64,000 nucleotides of DNA from Macrostomum hystrix (lineage: Eukaryota; Animalia; Platyhelminthes): contig CATNEN010000038.1 of NCBI GenBank assembly GCA_950097015.1, forward strand, positions 13,330,001 to 13,394,000, written 5' to 3'. Every line of letters begins with the position of its first letter. The first letter of the stretch is position 1. Under the pieces are notes generated by a model that saw nothing but the letters and a program-made list of their open reading frames with translations, was not told where the DNA came from and ran no database searches. This document shows, piece after piece, positions 23,234-34,578 of the stretch. The translations under genes and the position numbers were made by a program.

Positions 23234-26200
23234 TCAATTGGCAACTCGCGTATGGTAAAGAAGAAACTCGAGCTCGAGGACGTCGTCAACGTAGTGGAAC
23301 GATATCGAAGTATTGCTGATACAGGTCCGGCACTGAAAAAAGGAACAAGTGGTAGTTTAAATGTGAATGAGCATGACTAGTGCATTAGGTAATTATAGTA
23401 CCTATGTACCTAATTGTTGGTACTTTTTGAATTGAATCGCCTTCGAGAAACAATACCTCCCAGATTAGGTAAAGCTGAGGGTTCATCGAGAACGCTCACT
23501 GACTTATTTTAATTTGCGAGTTAGGCTGAGCTATAATTTAGTCTAACACTAAGTGCATTAGTATTTTATCGAAAATACATTTCGCTGTCACGATGCTAGC
23601 TTTCCCTAAAGCTTCACAAACCAGAAATTTGCTTCAGCAGTCAAACTTTCAGAATACTGCTGAAGTTGCAGCCTGCAGGTTCATTTAGTTATTTTGTATA
23701 CGAGTACAAGTTGGTGAATATTTCTACAACTCGAGCGTGGGGCGTGCAGCACAACAACGGTGTGTAAAACCTTATAGCATCTTTATATCAGCCCCCAAGA
23801 TTTTTGTTATAAAAGCATTCTTACTAAGTAAAAGGACGAAGTCAATAGTATCTTTCTGCTCCGAAATTTTACATATTTGGTAAGGATAAGGGAGGGAGGA
23901 GATTTGGTAAAACTTCACGAACCTGTTGAAATGGGTAGTAGTTGTACTGATGGATCCAGCTCAGGCTGTGGCGCGGATTCACCATAGTCTCGGGTCGAAG
24001 CGGGTGAAAGCGCTCTCGTTTGAGCTCATCCAAGCTGTACTCAAACTTCACACCTAACAGTCTCAGGCAGCGACCTGAAAGTAATTCGAGTTAAAGCCTT
24101 CGCTAATATAAAAGACATTGGAATACTAAATAGGAAATTAAGTACATGTTAAATTGTGATTTCCCTTTTCAAGTTTCGATGTTTAGAGCGATTGGTGGAG
24201 TACTGACCCGGTGAAAATACTGCCCTAATCAAGCCTTATCATTAAAGCCTTATATATTTTTTACGATTGACAAGTAAGTAAGTCTGTCTAGAGAGCTATT
24301 TTATTAAATATTCATGATGTTTACCCATAAGATAGTCCTCTACAGAAATATAGTCCACATTGCAGTAATCAGTGATGCCAGGTGCTTTGGTGGAACCGAA
24401 GCCAGCGCTGACTAGCAGTTGCAATGCGCGCCTGGACAGCACGTAGCCAGCGCCACCAGACATGTACTGCTGCCGGTTATCGCCCTGGTAGGCAAATCTG
24501 CGCCCAAAGACTGCCGGCTTGCTTGGGTCATGCTGGCTCAGAAGGTGGCGCAGATTTTCCATCAGCACGAAGGTGTCATCGTCAGCCTTGAGAAAATAGT
24601 CGAAGTCGTCCAGGCGCTCCTGAGCGTACACGGCTAGAAAGGCCATGCGAACCTTTTTCCACAGAATGCTACGGCTTTCTCTCAACGGCAGGTCTAAAAA
24701 TATTTAATTGATAGAACAAAATTGATATATAATACTGATTGATAGATTGAAATGATAGGCTACTAAGTTGGGTCAGATTTAGTGAAACCAGCAAGCAAGT
24801 ACAGCAAGTGGCGTTCACTAATGTTAAAAATGTGAAAAAAAATTACAAACTTTATAGCAAAACATTTAAAATAGCATTAAATATACGGATGGATATGATA
24901 ATTATGTTTTGTGCGCTCGAAAGGTTAGCTTGGTTTCTGTTTGTGTTTCTGTTTCTGTTTCGAAAGGTGCTGTTTTTGATCCAGGGTCACCTTTGTAGAG
25001 TCTCGTTGTGAGTGCGAGTATGAAATCACCTATACCTTTTACATGTGCGTAGCCATGGTATTTATATTTTCTGATTAGTCCGTCCGAAGCACGGGTGACA
25101 TTATTCATGCTTGAGTACGCATAAGGGATACATAAAACGATTAATGTGAGCTTGGACGCCTGTGTAGGCGTGTGGCACTTGCAGCGACTACGACTACCAT
25201 ATTATAAAGGTGCATAAAGCATAAAGCATTAAGTATACGATACGATCGTAATGCAGCAACTACTCGCTATATTTATTCACAAAGCAATTAAAGCTATATC
25301 TTAGTCATATTGAATGTGACTTTTAGGGAGTGAATGGGCTTACTTAAAAGCGGTATGCTGATGTTAGTAGACTCGCTGCCAATGAACAAGTACTTATTGC
25401 AGCGCCTGGCCCAGGTATTATTAACTTGCATGGCCATGTTTCTGTACTGCTTGGGGTGCGTAAGGATCATGCAAAATATTCTCGGAAAGCTTGCTCTGGA
25501 GTCGGACACAGCAACAGGTTTATGTGAAATAATGCTGTCACCTGTAAATTCAAGTCAAATTTGATTTGTCGTATTCTTAAATTTTAATTTATTTGCGTAG
25601 CTTAAACATAAACGAGCAACATTTCTCATGCGCCAGCTGTGGTCTGCCAGCTGGAATCGCCGACGATGCTGCAATTCGATCACTTGGACTGGTCAGGCTG
25701 GAGGGGAGTGACTCGCTAGTCGCTAATCTTTAAGGTGGCGCGAAGCTCGCGTGCTTGCTGTTCGAGCGAGTCCGTCAGCGTCTAGGTCTCGGCATTGTAC
25801 GGCAGGACGATCTCTACCACCGGCTGGAATAGCGCAGCCCTCTGGCGATCGGAACGAAAAGCAGACCAGGCTAGCCCGCGGCGATGCGCAGATCTTCGCG
25901 GAAGTCAGGTACCAGGCTGAGACTCAACTGCTAAGAGCACAGAAGCTTCATTTTTACCACGAGGCCGAGCTCGCTGCTGCGCCAACCAGCTTGCCCAGAT
26001 GGCGCTGGGCGCCCTAGCGAGAGTAAGCATCCAAGGGCTGAAGACAGCGGCCATTGGATTGTAAATTCTCACCACAGCTATAGATACAGGCTAGACAGCC
26101 ACCTCGCCAATCGACTACATCACGGGTTTAATTCACTCTATAATTAAGAAACCGCATTTTCGCCTTGCCAGTTAAAAACTCGCATTCTCGCTCGTCTCAC

Positions 26201-26707
26201 CATCAGTTGAGAGGCAATATTGCAGCGCTTTAAGTGTAAGATTGCGCTATCCATTTTACTTTGTCCGGCCCGACATGACCACACTCTGCTTGTCATTTAG
26301 GCAGCTTTCGATGTTCTGCGTCTTTAAGGTGTGCCGTTGATCAATGGTGGTCTAATAATAATAATTAAAATAATTGATTGCACCTGCCCAAGAGTTAAGT
26401 ATTCTTGCTAAAGGACATAATTCGTCCGAGGATTCGGGAATCAAACCTCCGACCTTCAAGTCATGCCGCTGTCTGGCAGAAGGAGTGCTAGGAAGTACTA
26501 AGACTGAGTAAATCAGGCGCTACTAACAAAGTTACCTATCGTTGTCGCTAACTGCCGAACCGCATCTAGCTGTCCAGAGCCATTGCCGCCAGGCCGCCGG
26601 GTGTGATGCCGCGTCGTGTCAGAAGTCAGCACGAGCCAGCCAGTGCAGACCCCAGACAGGAAGCCAGTCAGGCGAATTAGCAACTGCAGGCAACGCTGGC
26701 ATCGCAT
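23234..26707 (-). CDS. C1GALT1: Core 1 beta-1,3-galactosyltransferase (T-synthase)-like; exons 26707-26536, 25541-25344, 24693-24325, 24074-23923, 23332-23234
   Basis: N-terminal TM segment, RIFCMILTHP, TWARRCNKYLF, LWKKVR, YFLKADDDTFV.MENLR, YMSGGAGYVLSR, EDYLMGRCL, RERFHP, ISFHYV. All junctions are GT-AG and in phase. Confidence 0.9.
25720..26020 (-). mobile_element. RTE-like LINE RT fragment in C1GALT1 intron 1
   Basis: Degenerate translation LFQPVVEIVLPYNAET*TLTDSLEQQ matches the RTE-type VLLYG.ETWTL motif. Confidence 0.6.
26350..26470 (-). mobile_element. Degenerate tRNA-derived SINE fragment
   Basis: The minus strand has a B-box-like GGTTTGATTCCC, then tgtcctttagcaag and an (ATT)n tail. 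Confidence 0.35.
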
Positions 26708-27339
26708 TTTGGTGATATTAAGTTCAATCGGCTTCTCAAGTTTTTTAGTAGCAGCTTCTCAGCGAAGTCATGTGTGACGAAGGGAACTGGCCTAAGTGGC
26801 AGCTGTTTATAAATACGCCTGTCCGATTAGGATCGGATTACGTTTTCTTACAGAAGCATTCCTTCTGTAATTTATAATCCATATAGAATCAGATTAGCAG
26901 CGTGCACAGCTCACCGTATTGCCAGCTGTTGCAACTTAGTCAGTTCGCGCTCGCATAGGACAGTGATTTTTATAAATCAGTTGGTAAACAAACAAATCTT
27001 TTTGAGTTATAGTAAAATTATCCTGAGAACAAACCATTAGATAGATAACGGGCCAGTCCATACATAAAAATGAATGGGTGCTATTTTTTGTTATACTTGT
27101 ATTTATTTTCCAAAGGCCTTTTTAAGGTCTCCTGCTGTACAAAACCCTCAAAACTTAGAAGGACGTATTTTTTTTCAGTAAGATTACTGACGTGTGTTTA
27201 TGGTTGCTGTTAAAACAGCAAAAACAACATCAAATAACGCAATGTCACATAAGGGCATCGTCTGATGGCGCGCTTCAGTGTACTGTCAGTGTCCGTTCGC
27301 AGTGTCAGGCGCTTTGGCGTCACAGAAAATGCAGTCCAC

Positions 27340-27490
27340 GTGTCCAGGTGAGAGCCTGTCCCCGCCTGCGGAGCGCAATCGGAGCAATCGGCCCGGATCA
27401 CGTGGCCCTCCAGTTGAAGCCGCCGCCGGCGCAGGATAGTGGACGGGCGTTGCAGCTGGGCCCTTTCGTACAGGACCACGTTCCCGACGT
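27340..27490 (-). mobile_element. RTE-like LINE C-terminal fragment
   Basis: LYERAQLQRPSTILRRRRLQLEGHVIR matches the RRRL..AGHV.R motif of RTE-type ORFs. Confidence 0.55.
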
Positions 27491-28599
27491 TCTATACACC
27501 TATACTCAATCTCAATTAAAGTCCTAAAGCTTGTCGACAGCCTAAACTGGCCAAACTACTGAGCTATACATGTAGCTACATGTGGTGGTCAATATTCGAT
27601 TATTCGGGTCACTTAAACCACTCAAAAACTTGTAAGAAGAAACTGCGAAAACCCAACATGCAATGTCTTATGATACACGAATTTAAGCTCAAGTCTCTAA
27701 TTGAAAGAACAGACATACTGAGATAGAATTAGTAATAAAAACTGGGTCAAAAATAGTTAAATAGCTGTCTTTTGAGATTAGAAAGATGCTTGAGAATTTA
27801 ATTAATTCGTCCCAAAGAAGGAAAACATATTGGAATACGCACTCATACTGTCATACTCAATCTTGCATACCGCGTTGAAGACGATTGGGCTATTATAGTT
27901 TTAAGCAACTTGGCCCCCCGAAAGCCAAAGCAACCGCACTTCATTCAGAGCAATCTAAATTTGAGTGATAAAGCTAGCTTTGCACGTTTTTATTGAATAT
28001 CTTTGAAATAAATACGAGACAACGAAATCGACCAGATCGGTTGATGATGCTCGTAAATCAACATCAGGTACTGCAAATCATGCTCATGACACTGTCGCAT
28101 TCACAGTTCAAAGCAGCGATACGCGACTGCACTCCGACTTTTTATTTTAGTATGAGCTGCAGCTATGCGACACTTTGTGTCGACGAAAACATGCACGCTG
28201 AAAATTTATAGACTCTAGTGGATAGATGAATGCGCTACTAAGGGTATTAGTAAACAAATAATGAAGCTATCAGTACATAATGTGACTAATGTTAATGAAA
28301 TATTTGCACTATATCTAATTATCTAGAAAGCTACTTAGCCGACTGCGCACGAGGTTGTAAGACTGAGCTCTAAATAAATCGGTGAGTGAGCTTTTAGCCC
28401 TTATTAGTGCAGAGCACAAAAGCAGGACAATTTCATGAAAATTGAGGTGTGCACATAGTTTTCCTCTTATCTGAACGATATTTTTTGGTGGAAAACAGTT
28501 AGAAGGCAGCCATGAAACGAGAGGCAAGTATTTCTGCAGAAGAAATTTCACGCCTCGCTCGGATCAGAGTGAGGCAGGAAGGAACAGCAAGACTAAAAG

Positions 28600-29400
28600 T
28601 CACGCAAACCTGAGATGCTTGGCGCTAGAGTCACATCTCTCCCGCAACTCGCGAAAGTGACTTCGAGCACCCATGCTGGGAAAGTGAAAATCAAGTAGGC
28701 GAGCGCACTTCTCCAGCGCCGACATGTTGGGCGCCTGCACGCTAAGGATACGACGCTCTTCGCCGCCTGGCCGCCGACGGACACGGTCTGTAATCTCGAT
28801 GCTGCAGCCGCTGCGGGCCGACACCATAGCGCCTCTGCGATCACAGCTGCCTGGAAAGAATGGCAGCAGTCCAGAGGAGGTATTCTCTACGTCCACCTCG
28901 AGCACCACGGGGCGGGATTCATTCAGCTGCCGACGGTTTACGGCCATTCCTCGACTGTCGACAGTACATGGCTGCTCCGCTGCTCGCAGTGTTTGCGTTG
29001 GTGGGGTGGGTAACAATGCTTTTGACATAATACACTGCTTGCTAAAAAAGAGACCCATATCTAAAATTCGACGAGACATAAACTAAACCCAAGTAATGAT
29101 AATGATATGCAAATCAGTTGTTGAGCACAGCAAAATCTTGTATAATGCAAGTTTCGTAAAAATATGTTATCGTTTAAGGCATCAACAAACTGAATGCCAC
29201 TTAAAATGTTCTTAGCGAAACAAAAACATAAAAATACTGCGGCTAAATCTTCTTACTCCCTGTATCAATTGCGTTTCCAGTTCCGTTGCCGTCGCCAACA
29301 GGATTATCAATAATTCCACCAGTTCCTGTGCTGCAGTAGTCACCACTCGCAGCTGCAGAAGCCCTACCATTAGGCATGTTAGGAGAAAGCTGTTGCTGCT

Positions 29401-29432
<32 letters not shown>

Positions 29433-31095
29433 GGCTGTCTGATGCGTTCCACTCGCGCCGCTACAGTCCCAGTATCCGTCTTTAGCCAGGACGGCTCAGG
29501 AAGGTCTGGCTGGCTTAGAAGGACTGGCATGGAGATCATGAGCTCCTGAATTGCGACTGTGATATCTTGCTTCCGCATGCCGCAAATGTGCACTGCCCGC
29601 TTGCGTGCAGTTCCCAGGGTGTCCTTCTCACGCTGGCTGCACTCTACTGAGAAGCCAGACACCGTGAGGCCGACATGACATTGCCGCATGATGGTCTCCA
29701 TTTCTGTGCCATGCAGGAAGATGATAATACTTGTCCAGTTTTGGGGGACGTACACCGTGCGTCTGAGAACTGCAGGCTGCTGCAAAGGGTAATAAACGAG
29801 GTGACTAGCTGATCGACTTAATTCGGAATTTTAAGGGCAGTAGGGGCAGCAAAGTGACAAAGGAGCACATTTTATACGTTTTAAAAATTGATAAAATATT
29901 GCCAACTAAGAAAAGCATTAGCACAGTACGTCGTAGCTATAAAAACTTGGGTTATAATCTAACGATAAAAAGCTGACTCACTTCAGTAACGGAAGATCTT
30001 TCCGTAGCGATGTTTTTTGCATCAGTGGCAGTTTGCTCAACAAAAATCGGTTTACTGTGAACAGATTCTTCAAAATTCGATTCTGGAAGCATAGGACCTG
30101 CATTTGTAGCAGCTGTATACGCTTTTGGCTGTGTCTGATGCTGTTGTTGTAGCTGCCCCAAACTACAGTATGGATTCTGAGATGTAGCTGTGAGGCTGTC
30201 TCGATTGTTACAACTTTGCTGCTGTGGCGTGAGCTTATAGCTGAAGACCTGATGTTGTTGCTGACGTGACTGCTGCTGCAGGTTGCTGCTGCTCGGTTGA
30301 GCAGTTCCGAAAGCAAGCTTTTCCTTTTTGGCTCTATCGAGATGCTGACATTGCGGCGCGTACTCTCCCGTAAGAAACTCAGGGCATGGATCCGACTTGG
30401 AGACGGGTGTTGGTGCCACCTGCAGCATTTTAAATACTTGCACAGAACTTCTGAATAGCAAACATAAGGATTTTCATAAAAGATCTAACTTACTGTGATG
30501 TTCTGTGTTAGCCAGCACTCATCATCATTATATTCTGGCTCAACTTCCATGTCTTTAATATGGCTGACTAACTGCTTCTGCTGCTCTTTTTGTTGCAGCC
30601 GCTGGTTATCATTCTCCACAGCCGCATTCAACGAGCCCCCAGAAGAGCAGCTGCAGCTTCGAGGAGATAAAGAGTTTTCGCCACAAACATTTGTGTTGCC
30701 AGCGCTTTCGTTGCTGCTAGTGCAGTTGCCACTGCTGCTTCCAGCTCCACTACAACTGTTGCAACCACTGCTGCAGTCGCCAAACTCATTAGCAGTATTG
30801 CTGCAGCTGCACCGGGGCTGCATGCTAGGATGACAACTGATTCTCTGCGACTGTTGCTGATCGAATGAGTCAGTGTGTGTATGTGAACGAATGATTTATG
30901 GTGAGGAGATAGTTATATTACTGAAGAAAACTGACTTGCTCTTACCTTTGCGGTCTGGCATTGCTTATGCAGTTGCTTTTCCCTGCAGGCACCACTTTGT
31001 TGTGTTTTGTCGACTAGAGAGTTTACACTGAAAGATACTCTGGCAGACTTTCTGCTTCTAAATTTGCACAATGAGGACGAGTTATGATTGCCCAT
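28600..31095 (-). CDS. Uncharacterised Q/S-rich protein with two divergent KH-like domains; exons 31095-30946, 30856-30494, 30419-29982, 29779-29257, 29060-28600
   Basis: Five ORFs are joined by phase-compatible GT-AG junctions. Starts MGNHNS. KH-like patterns RRTVYVPQNWTSIIIFLHGTEMETI...RAVHICG and VSARSGCSIEI...RILSVQAP...LEKCARLL. Confidence 0.7.
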
Positions 31096-31451
31096 TTGCT
31101 TCTAGCAGGGCTGAAAACTATTCAGCATGCGATCAGTGCTAAAAATTTAGATAAGAACTAGGAGGAAATACTCGTGCGAAGTATCTTTCCTCTTAGACTG
31201 TTGATAATACAAGTCATGAGTGTAGATAAAAGGCCAATATTTAACATAGACAAAAGTAGCTCTTCATATCTAGTCTGCTTCTGACAGATTATGCTAGGTT
31301 TCATGTAACCGAATCGAAGCCAACAAATGTCAAATCTGGCCTTGTGAGAACTGAAAAACAGCTGCAGAGCAGACGAGACAACCCAGCTTTATTTCGGTTT
31401 ATGGCACAATAGTTATAACCCTAATAGTATAATTTTTTAACTAAATGAGTA

Positions 31452-33270
31452 CACCATTTTACCTCCTATTTTGAACAAAGTCTTGTTCAAAATAAACAAA
31501 CAGAACTTCAATTCAAACACTTTAAGAAATATCAGCGCTTGCGGAAATTCAGTTCAAACAAAGTCCATTTCTATTGAAACAGAATAAATTCAATTCAGAC
31601 TGTCTATGGCCAAAATTGTCCCCGAGTGACGCGCACGCGCAAACTTGAAATTCAAAAGAAAGTCACATTCTATTTCAACAGACTCAAGAGGTAAAACACA
31701 ACAAATCGACGAACGTAAGAGTAAAATGAAAAACAGGTACAAGACAGTGTTAGTTGGTCAACTTCAATGCGACACCTAACCATCAATTGCCTGTCCACCA
31801 AGGCAGCGAGGGACGTATGTAAATACATGGTTGAACCACTCAGTGCATTTGTCCGCAGAGATGCAGCCAATGGTTCTGTCCACCATGTTGTACAGAATGT
31901 CTCGCCGATAGGCCGTTATCGACTGACTCCCGAGCTGCTCAGCTGGTCGGAGCGATGAACTTTTGCTGGTCTGCTGCTAGTTCTCTTTTCAGAGCGGCCT
32001 TCCAACAGGAGATTGAGTTCTCCACAGGAGTCAAAAATGGACTGTATGGTGGAAGCCGCTTGACCTGAATGGTGGCCGGAATCTCGAAGTCTTCGGCGTC
32101 ATTGTGAGAAATTACGTTGTCGATGACAACATAACAACGCGAGACTGGGAACGCAGCTTGGAAGTTGCCGACGGTGATCTGCAGGAACTCACCAGACTTC
32201 TCTTTAGTCCTGCCCTTATCATAAATTTGGTTTATAGGTGTCGAGTAGTGCACGACACCGACACCTGGACAAATGGCCAAGCAGACGGTAACTCGAAGTC
32301 CTTTCTGAGTAGCCACTTGCCTGTATACGCGTTCACCACGTCGAGAGCGCCCTATTGATCGTCTCATCCACGTATTAAAGCCAAATTCATCGATGAAAAT
32401 CTTATAGCCTGATACGACATCGACAGAACAAAGCCACTCGTAAAACTCTCTCCGCGATTCGATCTCACGAGGGGAGTTGCGATCTGCAGGGAGATCTCGT
32501 GCCAACTTAGTGGTATACAGAGCTCCATCAAGCTTAACGCTGATCGTTTTCTCCGTCACGTGCGGCTTTTCTGGGAGTTGCTGGCGCAGATTAGCATTCA
32601 TTTCTTTTAGCGTGATAAGTGGATTCGCTTGGATGAGACCATACGTGGGCCTGCATTTCTCCATCCCACTTGAATCGTTTGGCTCCGCTCTTGGGCTGCT
32701 TTTGAGCTCTTCCTGACCTCACAATTGTGTACGCCGTTGACCTCTTGACTCCAAGTTGGCGTGCCAGCTCCACAAAGTCATCCCCACGATCAGCAGCCTT
32801 GATGATACGGTCTGTCACTGTTGCTTACAGTAGCGTCCCGACGAGGCTGCTGTTCCACGATATCTTCATCGACTTCTGCTTCAAATTCATCGATTCCTTC
32901 TTCTTCCAGCAATTCATCGTCTTCTTCAATCTGATCTTCAGCATTCATATCGTTTCTTGCTGCGCAAAGATTGCACAGTTATGCAGTGCAGGAAAAACAA
33001 AAAAATTGATGAATGTAATAAAAATTGTATCTGTGTCAAAAATCTGTTGAAATAGAATGACTTTGTTTCTTTTGAATTTCAAGTTTGTGCGTGCGCACTC
33101 GGGGACAATTTTGGCCATAGACAGTCTGAATTGAATTTATTCTGTTTCAATAGAAATGGACTTTGTTTGAACTGAATTTCCGCAAGCGCTGATATTTCTT
33201 AAAGTGTTTGAATTGAAGTTCTGTTTGTTTCTTTTGAACAAGACTGTTCAAAATAGGAGGTAAAATGGTG
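31452..33270 (-). mobile_element. IS630/Tc1/mariner-superfamily transposon with ~230-bp TIRs and a frameshifted transposase (32948-31939)
   Basis: TA|CACCATTTTACC...GGTAAAATGGTG|TA. HTH (ELARQLGVKRSTAYTIV) and catalytic motifs FIDEFGF, VIDNVISH, LPPYSPFLTPVE. Frameshifts near 32815 and 32645. Confidence 0.93.
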
Positions 33271-34578
33271 TACTTACTAACAGAAAACTAACAGAATACA
33301 ATGGCCATACTGTTAATTTATGATTTACGCATTTGAAAAGTGAGCACACAGTAAGGGCCCCCAGGGGCTATAAATTTCTCTGTAAATAAAACTATTCTTT
33401 GAAAGTTTGGAGTGAGAGCCGAGACAAAATCCATCAATTCTGTCTCTTCCAATTCCATCAGTTCGCAAAAGGCACGGGAGATTTCGAAGACTTTGCTTCG
33501 TGATCTCTGGGTAGGAGTGCAGAACGAGAGTACATACTCGTACTTGCAGCGTGGTCTCTCGCCCCGGAATTCGTCCGCTCGCCCTGAAACACTTCTTGTT
33601 GATTTTTTCTCATGGTTGCAGATTTAAATTCAGTTCAGCATAGAGCGATTAAATTAAATAAATAGTCATGTGAAAAATATGCGTGACCATTTTTTACTAA
33701 TCTTGACCAGTGTGGCTACGTAATGAATGGTCACGTAGTATTTTCAGCCAGAAAATAATTTTAAAACCAGACAATTTAATAAACCTGCAGGAAAGAAGAA
33801 AATTCAAACCATAAATTTCGCGACCACAAAGCTTGAGAAAATGCTGCTCACCGGTGCATTGGCCCATGGGATTCACTCGTATTCAATGATGGCTGCTTAA
33901 ATAGAGTCGATAAGTCGGTCTATCTCGCAGTCCGTCGTATAGAATGGTCCGAAATCGATCTAATACACACGATTCCGCTAACAGCGAACATTTTTTTTAA
34001 AAAAAAACGTTCTTGTCATTCATTTTTTTGGAGGAAGCTGATGCTGTAGCAAAGCATCGTATGCTAAACAAAAAGATTGTGAAGAGAAAACAAACTGACT
34101 AGATTTTTTCGCATATCCTAGAATTTTATTTTTACAACACATTTTTACTAATAACGGACAAGCGAAACGGGCTTCAGCAGTTGCTTACTTAGCTTACAAA
34201 AAACTACGAATGGCATGTTTTTTAGTTTGCAACAAATTTAACTTGTCAAGACGAACAGATATTAAAATGTAAAGCAAATTTTGCCTTGGAACATGAAGCA
34301 ACAGAAGAAAGTATCATGAAAGTTTGAGAATTAATAAGCAGATAAATAGATGGGATGGTAAACATCGAAATGGGGAAACTAGCAAAGGATAGGTTCCTAA
34401 GAGTGTTTAGCAGCTTCTAGGGAGTAAAAGACCTCCAAATCATTTCTAAATTTAGGTTTCGAGCTTTTTTGAATAGCCAATTAGAAATTGACTCGAGCCC
34501 AGTTATTGACCCTAGCAATAGCTGATTGAAGTAGATTAAAACTTATATAATTCCATGAGACAGTCCTACTGCCTTAGC

